Positions 9,344 to 20,761 of a stretch of 64,000 nt of DNA are shown in pieces (within the stretch, counting starts at the first letter, position 1; each line of letters opens with the position of its first letter). Location of the stretch: the NCBI GenBank assembly GCA_963667255.1, contig OY762940.1, positions 1-64,000 of the forward strand, given 5' to 3'. Both the position numbers and the translations under genes were made by a program. The notes beneath the pieces were generated by a model, which was not told the DNA's origin, searched no databases, and saw only the letters and a program-made list of their open reading frames with translations. The stretch is from Candidatus Cloacimonadota bacterium (lineage in GTDB: Bacteria; Cloacimonadota; Cloacimonadia; G963667145).

Positions 9344-9909
9344 TTTTTAAATTTTTTTTCTCCAAATATTATTACTAAAAAAGTTTTAAATATAATATTA
9401 AAATCTGTTTTAAAGCTACAAATTTTTACATACTTTGCATCTAATTCCCATCTTTCTTCCCAAGTTAAATAGATATTCCCATTTGTTTGAGATAAACCAG
9501 ACAATCCAGGTCTCACTTGTAATCTAATTTGTGCAGTTTTATTATAATCTTGTAGCTGGGAAACTAAACCAGGCCTAGGCCCAACCAAAGACATGTCACC
9601 TTTGAGAACATTAATTAATTGCGGTATTTCATCAATTTTGAACCTTCTTAAAAAAGCACCTGTTTTTGTTAATCTCATATCATCAGGCAATAAATCACCT
9701 GCCTTGTTTTTTTTATCATTCATTGTTTTTAGTTTAATAATATTAAAAATTTTCCCATTTTTCCCGGGTCGTTTTTGAATAAAAAATGGGTTACCTTTGT
9801 TTGCAAAAGCTAACAAGATAGTAAAAAGTAATAATATCGGACTTACACAAATTAATCCAATTAATGATACAACAAAATCAATTATTCGTTTAAAAAAGTT
9901 TTTATACAT
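9337..9909 (-). CDS. Initiating sugar-phosphate transferase (PglC/WcaJ C-terminal family)
   Basis: KRIIDF, QKRPG, KLKTM, DEIPQLINVLKGDMSLVGPRP, PGLSGLSQ. Confidence 0.93.
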   Translation of the reverse strand: MYKNFFKRIIDFVVSLIGLICVSPILLLFTILLAFANKGNPFFIQKRPGKNGKIFNIIKLKTMNDKKNKAGDLLPDDMRLTKTGAFLRRFKIDEIPQLINVLKGDMSLVGPRPGLVSQLQDYNKTAQIRLQVRPGLSGLSQTNGNIYLTWEERWELDAKYVKICSFKTDFNIIFKTFLVIIFGEKKFKKC

Positions 9910-9915
9910 TTATTC

Positions 9916-11115
9916 TTAAAAATGTCTCATGACAGCATTATAAGTATTTTCAACCAAATAATTATCTTTCAAAAACAAATATCCTTTTTCTCCCATTTCT
10001 TTGATATTATTATTTTTCAAAAATAAATCTATTTTTGAGTTGAAAATCTCCACATTATCACTGATACAAGAGTATCCAAAACCATTAATTTCAGCAATTT
10101 CGCCTATGTCAGTGTTTTTGTCCGTAGCAGAGAGAACAGGCATTTTATTTTCCAAATATGATAACAAACGACAAGGAAAATTAGGAATTGTGAATCTTTT
10201 ATCCAAAAAAATTAAGCCAACATCACAAGCTTTTATTAATAAATCGTATTGTGCTTTAGGCAGATATTCTAATAATTTTGCATTTTGAGGTTTGAATTTT
10301 TTAAACCAAGTTTCCACTTTTTTATATTCCGTTCCCGAACCAATGATTACAAAAAACATATCTGTTCTTGATAAATTTGATTGCAAAACTTCCAAGAGAA
10401 AATCTATGGCTTGCGGTTCCCCTAAATTTCCACCGTAAATAAAAATAGTTTTATCTTCCGGTAAATTATGCTGACGGCGAATTTCTTTTTTATTCATCTC
10501 CGTCTTGTCTTCAAATAATTCTAAACTGTTCGGAGCAATTTCAACTTTGTTTTTTTGCAAAAAAGTATTATGCTTTAAAACGAAATCAACATTAGCCGGA
10601 GACATACAACCAATATAATCGGAAATCTTATATAACTCGATCTCTTTTTTTCGAAAGTATTTATAAATTAAACTTTTTCTGGAGAACATTTCCAAATCAA
10701 CAGCATTTTGAGGAAAAATGTCTTTCAATAAAAGATAAGAAACAGCATTTTTGTTTTTTGATTTTAAAAATTTTATTACTCCCTGGAATGTAATTGGAGG
10801 AGTTGAATATAAAATCAGATCGAATTTTATTTCGGATAAATATTTTTTTACGGCATTTTTAAATTGAGTTTCCAACAAAACAGTTCCCAAGCCTTTTTCA
10901 AAAATATTGGTTTTTTGAATATTGAGAGTTTTTACTCTTAAGATATTTACACTATCAATTTTTGTTAGGCTTGTCGGTAATCCATACTTTCTCTCACTTG
11001 GAGTAACGATATATACATTATGCCCTTCATTTCTGAATTTTCTAAGCAAATCGTTATATATTGCTCGTTCGGAAATGTTGTCTATCCCACAAACAGTTAA
11101 AAATATTACATTCAT
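9916..11115 (-). CDS. GT4 glycosyltransferase (WbuB-like, probable L-FucNAc transferase)
   Basis: KDIFPQNAVDL, YGGNLGEPQ, FTIPNFP; adjacent to fnlABC. Confidence 0.82.
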   Translation of the reverse strand: MNVIFLTVCGIDNISERAIYNDLLRKFRNEGHNVYIVTPSERKYGLPTSLTKIDSVNILRVKTLNIQKTNIFEKGLGTVLLETQFKNAVKKYLSEIKFDLILYSTPPITFQGVIKFLKSKNKNAVSYLLLKDIFPQNAVDLEMFSRKSLIYKYFRKKEIELYKISDYIGCMSPANVDFVLKHNTFLQKNKVEIAPNSLELFEDKTEMNKKEIRRQHNLPEDKTIFIYGGNLGEPQAIDFLLEVLQSNLSRTDMFFVIIGSGTEYKKVETWFKKFKPQNAKLLEYLPKAQYDLLIKACDVGLIFLDKRFTIPNFPCRLLSYLENKMPVLSATDKNTDIGEIAEINGFGYSCISDNVEIFNSKIDLFLKNNNIKEMGEKGYLFLKDNYLVENTYNAVMRHF

Positions 11116-11120
11116 TCTGT

Positions 11121-12263
11121 TTAAGATTTTCTCCAGACCATTTTATTGATTATTCCAGTATAACTTTGGATAAGTTTTACTACTTTAACGGAAACATTTT
11201 CATCGGTGTAATTGGGAACATTTAAAGCAAAATCGCCGTTTTCGTTCATTGAAACTGCTGTACCTACTGCTTGAAGCACCTGCTCTGTTGTAATACCTGC
11301 CAAAACAAATACACCTTTGTCCATCGCCTCAGGCCGTTCTGTGGAAGTCCTTATACAAACAGCAGGGAAAGGCTTTCCTTTTGAATTAAAATAAGCACTT
11401 TCTTCAGGTAATGTTCCACTATCGGAAACCACACAAAAAGCGTTAAGTTGTAAATTGTTATAATCGTGAAATCCCAATGGTTGGTGTTGAATTACATTTT
11501 TATGAAAAACAAAATTTCGGCTTTCAATATATTTTTTCGAACGAGGGTGGCAAGAATATAAAATAGGCATATTATATTTTTTAGCCATAGTATTAACCGC
11601 ATTCATTAAGTTCAAAAAATTGGTTTCGTTATCAATATTTTCCTCTCTGTGGGCGGACAAAAGAATATATTTTTTGGATTCTAATTTCAAAGTCTCCAAA
11701 ATATTGCTTGAACAAATACTTTTAAAATTAGCTGAAAGCACCTCTGCCATAGGAGAGCCTGTAACATAAGTTCGTTCTTTGGCAGTTCCTTCATAATTTA
11801 AATAACGACGGGCATGCTCGCTGTAACACATATTCAAATCGGAGATATGATCAACAATACGGCGATTAGTTTCCTCTGGGAGATTTTCATCAAAACAACG
11901 ATTCCCTGCTTCCATATGGAAAGTTGGGATATGCAATCTTTTTGCGGAAACAATCGACAAACAAGAATTTGTATCTCCCAAAGCCAAAACAGCATCTGGA
12001 TTTTGCTCCCGCATTAAAGCATAAGATTTTGCCAAAACATTACCCATAGTCTCTCCTAAATCTTTGCCTACCACATCAAGATAGAAATCGGGTTTTCGCA
12101 AACCCAAATCATCAAAAAAAACTTGGTTAAGAGTATAATCGTAATTTTGTCCAGTATGGACTAAAATTTGCTCAAAATATTTATCACATTTTTTTATTAC
12201 TTCAGATAACCTAATAATCTCAGGACGAGTACCTACAATTGTCATTAATTTTAACTTATTCAT
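11121..12263 (-). CDS. fnlC: UDP-2-acetamido-2,6-dideoxy-L-talose 2-epimerase (FnlC/WbjD)
   Basis: VGTRPEIIRLS, HTGQNYD, HMEAGNRCFD, SDSGT, TERPE; third gene of the fnlABC triplet. Confidence 0.88.
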   Translation of the reverse strand: MNKLKLMTIVGTRPEIIRLSEVIKKCDKYFEQILVHTGQNYDYTLNQVFFDDLGLRKPDFYLDVVGKDLGETMGNVLAKSYALMREQNPDAVLALGDTNSCLSIVSAKRLHIPTFHMEAGNRCFDENLPEETNRRIVDHISDLNMCYSEHARRYLNYEGTAKERTYVTGSPMAEVLSANFKSICSSNILETLKLESKKYILLSAHREENIDNETNFLNLMNAVNTMAKKYNMPILYSCHPRSKKYIESRNFVFHKNVIQHQPLGFHDYNNLQLNAFCVVSDSGTLPEESAYFNSKGKPFPAVCIRTSTERPEAMDKGVFVLAGITTEQVLQAVGTAVSMNENGDFALNVPNYTDENVSVKVVKLIQSYTGIINKMVWRKS

Positions 12264-12268
12264 AATGG

Positions 12269-13417
12269 TTACACTTCTTCAAAATAGGTGTCGGGATTTT
12301 TTGGATCAAAACATTCGTTACACCACATAAAAGTAACCATATCAGTTTTACCCAAATTTTCAATATTGTGAGTATAGCCTGGAGGAATATCAACAACTTC
12401 TATTTTTTTCCCTGACACACAATATTCAATTACTTTAGCTTGTGGCTCATTTATTTTACGAAAACGAATAATACCTTCTCCACTTACAACAACAAATTTT
12501 TCATTCTTAGTATTATGCCAATGGTTCCCTTTAGTAATATACGGTTTAGATATATTTACAGAAAACTGCCCTTTATTCATTGTTCTAATAATTTCAGTAA
12601 AACTACCTCGTTCATCAACATTCATCTTTAAAGGATAGCTGAATTTATCTTCCGGCAAATACGAAAGATAAGTAGAATACAATTTTTTTGTAAATTCGTT
12701 TTCTAAATCCGGGACATCTAAATTTATTCTGTTTTCTTTAAATGAATATAATAAATCAACTATTGCCCCAAGAGTAACATTGTGAACCACAGGAACTGCA
12801 CAAAATTTATCTTCATAATGCTCATCTCCGCTTAATGCAGATATAAGTTCATCAACAACATCATCAACATAGACCAAATTCATTACAGTTTCTGTATTAT
12901 TGACTTGAATGGGTAAATTATGAGCAATATTGTTACAAAATGTGGCAACGGCACTATTGTAGTTAGGGCGACACCATTTCCCAAAAATATTTGGAAAACG
13001 ATAAACCAAAACTTTAGCACCTGTTTCTTTTGCATAGTCGAAAAATAAATTTTCGCTCGCTCTTTTTGATTCGCCATAAGGATTGTTCAGTGTGGCTTGT
13101 GTAGAAGAAGAAAGCATTATCGGGCAAATATTTTTATATTTTTTTAAAGTATTTAATAAAGTAGAGGCAAATCCAAAATTACCAACCATAAACTCCGATT
13201 GCTCTTTTGGTCTGTTTACTCCGGCTAAATTAAAAACAAAATCTGCTTTTTTACAATAAACATCTAATTCTTCAGTGGAACTATCACTATTATATTCAAA
13301 AATTTTAATATCAGACGAAAGTTTATAATTTTTTGCCTTACCAAATTTTATATTGTTTAATTGAGCTAATAAATTTTGCCCTATAAATCCTTTCGCACCA
13401 GTTATAAGAATATTCAT
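12269..13417 (-). CDS. fnlB: FnlB/WbjC/CapF reductase-epimerase (SDR plus cupin)
   Basis: LAGVNRP, FGKWCRPNYNSAVATFC, DERGSFTE, GNHWHNTKNEKF. Confidence 0.92.
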   Translation of the reverse strand: MNILITGAKGFIGQNLLAQLNNIKFGKAKNYKLSSDIKIFEYNSDSSTEELDVYCKKADFVFNLAGVNRPKEQSEFMVGNFGFASTLLNTLKKYKNICPIMLSSSTQATLNNPYGESKRASENLFFDYAKETGAKVLVYRFPNIFGKWCRPNYNSAVATFCNNIAHNLPIQVNNTETVMNLVYVDDVVDELISALSGDEHYEDKFCAVPVVHNVTLGAIVDLLYSFKENRINLDVPDLENEFTKKLYSTYLSYLPEDKFSYPLKMNVDERGSFTEIIRTMNKGQFSVNISKPYITKGNHWHNTKNEKFVVVSGEGIIRFRKINEPQAKVIEYCVSGKKIEVVDIPPGYTHNIENLGKTDMVTFMWCNECFDPKNPDTYFEEV

Positions 13418-13422
13418 AATTA

Positions 13423-14442
13423 TTATTTCTTTATTCCTAAATCTTCACAAACAGATTCAAGATTTAAAAGAAGCTTTTTCATACCTTCAACATCCAATTG
13501 CGTTGTATTATGAGAATGATAATCATCTATTCTTGAAATATCTTCATTACCTTCTACAAAAAATTTGTCGTAATTTAAATCTCGCTTATCACAAGGAATA
13601 CAATAATAATTTTCCATATCAATTGAGTTTGACATCTCTTCTCTTGTTACAAGAGTTTCATAAAGCTTTTCTCCATGACGGGTGCCTATTATTTTCACTT
13701 TAGTATCAGCTTTATAAAGTTGTTTCAAAGCTTCTGCAAGGACATCAAGAGTTGCAGCAGGAGCTTTTTGAACAAATAAGTCACCATTGTGTCCATTTTG
13801 AAAAGCATAAATCACTAAATCAACCGCATCATCCAAAGTCATCATAAATCTAGTCATATTAGGATCTGTAATAGTTATTGGTTTATTCTCTTTAATTTGC
13901 TCTATCCAAAGTGGAATAACAGAACCACGCGAAGCCATAACATTTCCGTAGCGAGTACAACAAATAGTTGTGTCTGCTCCTTCACCCAAAGCTCTTCCTT
14001 TTGCAGTCGCTACTTTTTCCATCATAGCTTTAGAAATTCCCATGGCATTTATAGGATATGCAGCTTTATCGGTAGAGAGTACGACTACATTTTTCACTTT
14101 ATGCTCAACAGCGGAATCCAAAACATTTTCCGTTCCCAAAATATTTGTATAAACTGCTTGAATTGGGAAAAATTCACAAGAAGGAACTTGTTTTAAAGCT
14201 GCGGCATGAAAAACAAAATCTACTCCTCGCATTGCTTTATCTACAGAAGACTTATCTCTAACATCACCAATATAGAATTTAATTTTCGAGTTTTGTAAAG
14301 CATGACGCATATCGTCTTGTTTCTTTTCATCTCGAGAAAAAATGCGAATTTCCTTAATCTCGGAATCTAAAAATCTTTTAAGAACTGCATTCCCAAATGA
14401 ACCAGTTCCTCCAGTAATAAGTAAAATTTTATTTTTAAACAT
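13423..14442 (-). CDS. fnlA: UDP-GlcNAc 4,6-dehydratase/5-epimerase (FnlA/WbjB/CapE)
   Basis: TGGTGSFG, FSRDEKKQDDMR, HAAALKQVPSCEFFP, RYGNVMASRGSV. Confidence 0.94.
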   Translation of the reverse strand: MFKNKILLITGGTGSFGNAVLKRFLDSEIKEIRIFSRDEKKQDDMRHALQNSKIKFYIGDVRDKSSVDKAMRGVDFVFHAAALKQVPSCEFFPIQAVYTNILGTENVLDSAVEHKVKNVVVLSTDKAAYPINAMGISKAMMEKVATAKGRALGEGADTTICCTRYGNVMASRGSVIPLWIEQIKENKPITITDPNMTRFMMTLDDAVDLVIYAFQNGHNGDLFVQKAPAATLDVLAEALKQLYKADTKVKIIGTRHGEKLYETLVTREEMSNSIDMENYYCIPCDKRDLNYDKFFVEGNEDISRIDDYHSHNTTQLDVEGMKKLLLNLESVCEDLGIKK

Positions 14443-14453
14443 AATTAATCTCT

Positions 14454-15764
14454 CTAAAAAATTTTTATGGTATCAAAACCAAATTTAATTTTTTTCCCCT
14501 TCAAAACCCAAAACAATGTAACAAATATAAAATAAGAAAATGTGTCAATAAATCCAAAAACTTGATTATTTGCAGGGAAGAAAATAAACATTAAAGCAAA
14601 CAATGGCAATAAAGCAATACCAAAAAAATTATTATTATAAATAACACTTAACCAAACCCTAGAAAAAAAACCACCCAAAAAAAACATTAATATAAATAAG
14701 CCAATTAAACCGAAATCATTAGCAAATTGCCCATAAAAACTATGCCATTGTGCTGATTTATCCCAAATATCACTAATACGAAATTGGAAAGTTTTTTGGG
14801 AAATATCATTGCCCGTTAACATGAAAAATTGTCTTTGTAGAAATTCAGAACTCCCAAAACCATAAGTCCAATTCCAATCCATATTAAGAATAAGAGAAAA
14901 CCCATAATAACCTTGAACTATATAAGAATTAAGCCAAACAAATGCATAAGAATAAAATCCTGAGAAACTGTTTATTGCTGGAGTTTCGATATTAACATTT
15001 ATATCTCCCAAAGGAGAACTATTAGAAATGTTTTCGAATCCTCCTCCTCGCTGTGACATAGCATAACCGAAATATCCTAAAGGAATTAAAAATAGAATCG
15101 CACAAAACAATGATAACCTTAACATCATTTTAGGTCTTTTTTTATAAATTACCAAAAAAATTGAAACTGAAAAAAATATAAAGAAAAGAAACAGGGAACT
15201 ATTAGTCCCCGAAGCAATAGAACATGATATAAAAAAGAAACAATATACAAAAACCAAAACCTTTTTAAAAAAAGACAATGCTACCCAATAGTACACAAAA
15301 ATTGGAATAAATAAAAGTTTGTTAAACATAAAAAATATTGAAAAAATGTTTAAAATTCTTCGGTTCCCAGCTAAATTTTCTGTTGAAAAAAGGGTTGCCA
15401 TCCTGTCTGCATAAACTTTACCAGGATTAGTAATTCCATTTTTTATATCATTAATTATATCATAAGGGAAAAAAGAAGTAGATAACATCAAATTTTGATA
15501 TAGAATAAATATTCCTATCAATCCCAAAAAAAAAGTTATATAAAAAAAAGAATTACTAAATTCATTTTTAACTTTCTGGTTTGGTATTTTATAAGTTTTC
15601 GCAAAAATAACATACCCCAATATAAAAGATAAATGATATAATATCATTAACATAAGAAAAAGAATAGGATTATGTATCTTAAAATCTACTGGTCCAAAGT
15701 ATAAAAGAAAAAGAGTAAAACAAAGATATAATTCAACAAAAAGAAGGGGAAAATATTTTCTCAT
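14454..15764 (-). CDS. wzy: Probable O-antigen polymerase
   Basis: 436-aa polytopic membrane protein with periplasmic loops inside the glycan locus; call rests on topology and context. Confidence 0.7.
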   Translation of the reverse strand: MRKYFPLLFVELYLCFTLFLLYFGPVDFKIHNPILFLMLMILYHLSFILGYVIFAKTYKIPNQKVKNEFSNSFFYITFFLGLIGIFILYQNLMLSTSFFPYDIINDIKNGITNPGKVYADRMATLFSTENLAGNRRILNIFSIFFMFNKLLFIPIFVYYWVALSFFKKVLVFVYCFFFISCSIASGTNSSLFLFFIFFSVSIFLVIYKKRPKMMLRLSLFCAILFLIPLGYFGYAMSQRGGGFENISNSSPLGDINVNIETPAINSFSGFYSYAFVWLNSYIVQGYYGFSLILNMDWNWTYGFGSSEFLQRQFFMLTGNDISQKTFQFRISDIWDKSAQWHSFYGQFANDFGLIGLFILMFFLGGFFSRVWLSVIYNNNFFGIALLPLFALMFIFFPANNQVFGFIDTFSYFIFVTLFWVLKGKKIKFGFDTIKIF

Positions 15765-15766
15765 AA

Positions 15767-16768
15767 TTATAGATTTTTCTGCTCAAATTTTTGTATATAA
15801 TGCATTGAATTACCGACAATCAAATTGTAATGTTTTTGATATTTATCATAGTCAATACTAATACTTTTAAATTTTTTGTATATTTTCATAAAATTAAAAA
15901 TAATTCTAAACCCGTAAATATATACATTAATATTAAATAATCTTTTTAAATATTTATGGGGAATGTTAAAACAAAATAATCTATTTTTTAACAAAAATTT
16001 ATTAAATATTTTTTTTTCTTTACTTATGAGGTAGTTAAATATTTCCACTTTATCCTTATCAAAAATAGTATTTTTGATAATATAAGTTGAATTAGCAGTT
16101 CTTCTATAATAAACAAATATTTTATCAATTTGCTCAAACTTCAATGGTGAGTACAGTTCAGCCATCTTGATATGCAAAGGAAAATCCTCTGTAACTGTAA
16201 AAGAATTTATAAATTGAAGAATTATATCATTTTTTAAAGCATCAACTTTATAAACAGTGCTTGGAGCATTTGAAAAACTTATTTTTTTCAATCTCTCCTT
16301 ATAATTTAAATTCTTATAAATTACACTTGAAGCACACAAATTAAATATTTCAAAACTTGAATTAGTCATCTTTCCATCAACAAAAATAACAGGTAACCCT
16401 GACAAGATATCTACATCACATATTTTCTCAAATTCAATAAATAGATTTTCGCAAGAATAAACATCATCTCCTGCGGTTAATTTACAAAACTCTGTCTCCA
16501 AAAATTTCAAAGCTAAAGTCAAATTTTTACAAGTTCCCCTATTTATACCATCCGTAACTATTTTAATGTCACTGAATAAGTCAGAATTGTCTTGTAACCA
16601 AAATTTTGTTAATTCAACCGTCTTATCAACAGATCCATCATCCGCAACAATTAAATTAATATTAATGCCAGTTCCAAAATTTTTTATTTGATATTTAATG
16701 CTTTCTAAATGTTCAATAATATAATCTTGATGATTATATGCTATCACAATAAAAGTAAACTTATCCAA
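15767..16768 (-). CDS. GT2 glycosyltransferase
   Basis: FIVIAYNH, VADDGSVDKT, AGDD. Start placed at a TTG just upstream of the previous gene's stop. Confidence 0.85.
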   Translation of the reverse strand: MDKFTFIVIAYNHQDYIIEHLESIKYQIKNFGTGININLIVADDGSVDKTVELTKFWLQDNSDLFSDIKIVTDGINRGTCKNLTLALKFLETEFCKLTAGDDVYSCENLFIEFEKICDVDILSGLPVIFVDGKMTNSSFEIFNLCASSVIYKNLNYKERLKKISFSNAPSTVYKVDALKNDIILQFINSFTVTEDFPLHIKMAELYSPLKFEQIDKIFVYYRRTANSTYIIKNTIFDKDKVEIFNYLISKEKKIFNKFLLKNRLFCFNIPHKYLKRLFNINVYIYGFRIIFNFMKIYKKFKSISIDYDKYQKHYNLIVGNSMHYIQKFEQKNL

Positions 16769-17606
16769 AAAAAACTCCAATTTTTTCACGAAAATATCTA
16801 TAAACAAATAAAAAAACACCAAACCCTATCATCTTATATCCAGAATAAAAAAAACTAATTTTCCATTTTAATGTTCTTCTGCTGGCTTTCCCTATTTCGT
16901 CAATTAAACCTCGTTTAGACAAATCCATTTTTAAATTATATTTTTCAACTAAAGGGACAACAACTCCTGATACCCATTTCCCTCTATATACAGCACCACC
17001 CATAGAATAATTGTAAGGATAAATATCTTCACAACTTTGTTTTACACTATAAAATACACTATTTTTATTATATGCACGATAACTACCAAAACATTCCCAA
17101 GCCCAAGGAGAATCTTTATCATCAATAAAGCTTAACAATTTATCTTTTCTCCAAATAGCTGGAGCAGAATTCAATTTATAATCTGCTCTCAAAGGCAATT
17201 GTTCGAAACCAGTAAACTTCCCATCATCAATGTTCTTATTTTGGCTATGCACAAAATAAAAAGCACAAATATCTTTGTTATTTTCACATTTCATCCATTC
17301 AAGACATTGTTTGATTTTATAACTATTTACATCCCCCTCTAAAACAAAATCATCATACAACATAATTACAAATTCTGCATCTATATCTAAAAGGGTTTTT
17401 CTAAATCTCCTGCCCCAATTATCTAATCCCGAACCCTCATTAAAATTATGCGTTATAACATTAGGAAATTGACAAGCCAATTTTTCTGTATTCAAAATGA
17501 CTTTATATTCGCAATCAGACCAATATTCTTCAAGTGCCTTAAAAAACAACCCCCAAACATCACTGTAAGCATCACAAGTATTTACAACAATTACACATTG
17601 ACTCAT
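16761..17606 (-). CDS. Putative GT-A-fold glycosyltransferase of uncertain family
   Basis: VVNTCDAYSDVW, MLYDDF (DxD-like), SPWAWE; operon context. Confidence 0.55.
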   Translation of the reverse strand: MSQCVIVVNTCDAYSDVWGLFFKALEEYWSDCEYKVILNTEKLACQFPNVITHNFNEGSGLDNWGRRFRKTLLDIDAEFVIMLYDDFVLEGDVNSYKIKQCLEWMKCENNKDICAFYFVHSQNKNIDDGKFTGFEQLPLRADYKLNSAPAIWRKDKLLSFIDDKDSPWAWECFGSYRAYNKNSVFYSVKQSCEDIYPYNYSMGGAVYRGKWVSGVVVPLVEKYNLKMDLSKRGLIDEIGKASRRTLKWKISFFYSGYKMIGFGVFLFVYRYFREKIGVFFG

Positions 17607-17608
17607 TT

Positions 17609-19141
17609 TTATAAAATAACCTTTATGTAGCTTCTCAGTTTATTTCTTACAATTTCTAAACTTAGTGAACTAAAAATAACAAAACAAATTCCAATAATTA
17701 AAACTTTGAATAACAGCATCCATCTGTTTGTGGATACAACTATCTCAAAATCAAAAAATTCATACAGACAAAGTGTCAAAAATAAAATAAAAAGCAAAAT
17801 AGGGGAAATTTTTTTGAATAGCCAATTAAAATGATAATCAGGAAGCAAATTGCGGTGCACAATCCAAGTAAAAAAGAAAAACCATAATAAATTAAAAACA
17901 AACCAAGTTATACCTGAACCTATCGGACCAAATTTAATAATAGCAAAATACATAATGGGAATTTGAAAAATAGCCATAACAGAAGCTCCTCTGACATAAT
18001 ATCTCAAATTACCAAAAGAATTTTGCAAATAGTACTGAAAACTTCCAAGAACAAATAAAGCATATCCCAAAGAATAAAAAATTAAAATATTTTTACCCCA
18101 TATAGCTACATTTTTATTTCCGATGAAAATATAAATTATTGGCTCAGAAAATATACATACGAAAAAACTAATTGATAAAACTATCCATGTTATTAACTGA
18201 GTCATTTTATCATATAAAGTTTGCATATTTACTTTATCCCCTTGACTCAACAGCAAAGTCATCTGAGGAGATATGGCTATAAAGATAGGAGTTGCAATAG
18301 CAACCATAGAACTAGCGACAAGCAAAATCATACTAAAATAACCAAATTTATCAAGTGACAATCTACTTGATAATAATAACCTGTCAAATTGCATTAATAA
18401 AGTCCAAATTAATGTGGTGTAAGCTATAGACATAGAAAAAGGCAAAATAATTTTTAATGTAGAAGAATCAATCCTAAAATTAAATAAATTATTTTTTACA
18501 ATTTTTTTAGGCATCAAACTATACAGTCTAAAGTTTAGAATTAACAATTCAACAATCCCAACTGAAAACTGATAATAAAAAAAAACCTTAATACTTTTTG
18601 AAATAAAAATTAAAATAACCAAAGACCCTAAATATTTTAGTGTCACTAAAAATATGTTAATTTTGTTGTACCAAACTTGATCTTCGAACCCATTTATTCC
18701 ACTTTTATATAGTGTGCTAAACCACCTAATAGATAAAATTATCCCCATTAAAATAATGCAATGCTGAATAATCTCTTGCCCTAAATCATTCGCATGTATC
18801 CAATTAGTTGATATCCAAAAACTTGTAATAAATATAACTAATATAATTATCACAGATAATATAAAAAAAATGATCTCTATACTTCTTAAAAGTTTAAAAA
18901 AAGCTTCAAATTTTTCATAATTTCCTCTAGCTTCTGCAACTTGACGACCCAAAGTAGGTGCAAAACCAGCATCTAATAAATTAAGCCAAAATTGCATTAA
19001 TACAAAAAAACCAACTAATCCATATGCCTCAGCTCCCATATATTGTAAATACAATGGCATAATAAAAACACTGATAGCCATTACATAAATCTGTCCAATA
19101 TAATTAGCTAATATATTTTTCTGAGGTAATTCTAAATTCAA
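17609..19141 (-). CDS. wzx: Polysaccharide flippase
   Basis: KNILANYIGQ, MGAEAYGLVGF, QFDRLLLS; ~12-14 TM segments. Confidence 0.88.
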   Translation of the reverse strand: MNLELPQKNILANYIGQIYVMAISVFIMPLYLQYMGAEAYGLVGFFVLMQFWLNLLDAGFAPTLGRQVAEARGNYEKFEAFFKLLRSIEIIFFILSVIIILVIFITSFWISTNWIHANDLGQEIIQHCIILMGIILSIRWFSTLYKSGINGFEDQVWYNKINIFLVTLKYLGSLVILIFISKSIKVFFYYQFSVGIVELLILNFRLYSLMPKKIVKNNLFNFRIDSSTLKIILPFSMSIAYTTLIWTLLMQFDRLLLSSRLSLDKFGYFSMILLVASSMVAIATPIFIAISPQMTLLLSQGDKVNMQTLYDKMTQLITWIVLSISFFVCIFSEPIIYIFIGNKNVAIWGKNILIFYSLGYALFVLGSFQYYLQNSFGNLRYYVRGASVMAIFQIPIMYFAIIKFGPIGSGITWFVFNLLWFFFFTWIVHRNLLPDYHFNWLFKKISPILLFILFLTLCLYEFFDFEIVVSTNRWMLLFKVLIIGICFVIFSSLSLEIVRNKLRSYIKVIL

Positions 19142-19145
19142 TTAA

Positions 19146-20249
19146 TCATCCCACATAATTATTGATTATCTGAATAATCTTTTGAGTATCTTCCAAAGTC
19201 TGTACACCACTAATGGGCAAACTTAATACTTCATTATGTATCTGTTCGCTAATAGGAAAATTTTTATTATTCCATTCTTTATAAGCATTTTGTTGATGCG
19301 GAGGAATTGGATAATGAATAAGAGTCTGAATTTGATTGTTTGCCAAATAATTTTGTAACTTATTTCTGTTTTTAGTTCTTATCACAAATAAATGCCAAAC
19401 ATGATTTTTTTGATTGGAAATTTTGGGGAGAATAATTTTGGAATTCTTAATGTTTTCTAAATAATAATTCGCTATTTCTCTTCTTTTTTTTGTCTCATTA
19501 TCAAGATATTTCAATTTTATTCCAAGCAATGCTGCCTGAATTTCATCTAATCTACTATTTACTCCCTTATAAAGATTTTTATATTTTTTATGGCTACCAT
19601 AATTAGCTAAAGCCTTCACTGTTTTAGTTACTTCCTCATCATTAGTAGTGACAGCCCCTCCATCTCCCAAAGCTCCTAAATTTTTACCAGGATAAAAACT
19701 AAAACCACTTGCATCTCCGAGGTTGCCACATCTTTTATCTTTAAAATATGCCCCATGAGATTGAGCAGAATCTTCTATAACTTTTAAATTATATTTTTTT
19801 GCTAAAGCATTAATTTTATCCATTTCACAAGTTTGACCATAGAGATGCACAGGTAAAATAGCTTTTGTTTTGGAGGTAATCTTATCTTCTATTTTTGTCA
19901 CATCAATCAGATAAGTATCAATATTCGGTTCTACCAAAACAGGAACAAGATTATTCTGGGAAATAGCAAAAATTGAAGCAATATAAGTATTAGCAGGGAC
20001 AATTACTTCATCATTATCTTTTATCACTCCAAGTTCTTTATATGCTCTCAAAATTATAGTAAGAGCATCCAAACCATTTGCAACCCCAACACAATATTTT
20101 GTCCCACAATAAGAAGCGAACCCTTCTTCAAATTTTATACATTCTTCTCCATGGATATACCAGCCACTATCAATTACTTTTGTATATGCTTCTAACAACT
20201 CTTCTCGATATTGAGAATTGATTTTTTTTAAATCTAAAAATAAAATCAT
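19146..20249 (-). CDS. fdtB: dTDP-3-amino-3,6-dideoxyhexose aminotransferase (FdtB/QdtB)
   Basis: [43 protein letters not shown]. Confidence 0.88.
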   Translation of the reverse strand: MILFLDLKKINSQYREELLEAYTKVIDSGWYIHGEECIKFEEGFASYCGTKYCVGVANGLDALTIILRAYKELGVIKDNDEVIVPANTYIASIFAISQNNLVPVLVEPNIDTYLIDVTKIEDKITSKTKAILPVHLYGQTCEMDKINALAKKYNLKVIEDSAQSHGAYFKDKRCGNLGDASGFSFYPGKNLGALGDGGAVTTNDEEVTKTVKALANYGSHKKYKNLYKGVNSRLDEIQAALLGIKLKYLDNETKKRREIANYYLENIKNSKIILPKISNQKNHVWHLFVIRTKNRNKLQNYLANNQIQTLIHYPIPPHQQNAYKEWNNKNFPISEQIHNEVLSLPISGVQTLEDTQKIIQIINNYVG

Positions 20250-20761
20250 TTTAATTTTTTCTTACATTTATCACATATTAAAGTATCATCACTTTTTCTA
20301 CCACATTTGCAAACATATCCTCTAAATTTTGCAGGATTACCATACCAAAGTTCATGGCTCCCAACATTTTTAGTTATAACACTTCCTGCCCCAATCATTG
20401 CAAATTCTCCTATTTCTATCCCCCCAATAATTGTACTGTTGGCACCTATAGAAGCATTTTTTTTTATAATAGTTTTTTGAAATATCTTATTATATTGCTT
20501 ACTTCGAGGAAACAAATCATTTGTAAAAGTCACATTGGGACCTATATGAACATTATTTTCTAAAGTTATTCCATCCCAAATTTGCACCCCACTTTTTATT
20601 GTTACATTATTGCCAATAAAAACATCATTTTCAATAAGGACTTGAGCACAAATATTGCAATTTTCACCAATAATTGCATCTTGAAAAACAACACAAAATT
20701 GCCATATACTTGTATTTTTTCCTATATTTTTAGATTTTACATCTGCAAATTCGTGAATCAT
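20246..20761 (-). CDS. N-acetyltransferase (WxcM/FdtC-type hexapeptide repeat)
   Basis: [35 protein letters not shown]-terminal CKCG..CDKC. Confidence 0.85.
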   Translation of the reverse strand: MIHEFADVKSKNIGKNTSIWQFCVVFQDAIIGENCNICAQVLIENDVFIGNNVTIKSGVQIWDGITLENNVHIGPNVTFTNDLFPRSKQYNKIFQKTIIKKNASIGANSTIIGGIEIGEFAMIGAGSVITKNVGSHELWYGNPAKFRGYVCKCGRKSDDTLICDKCKKKLK

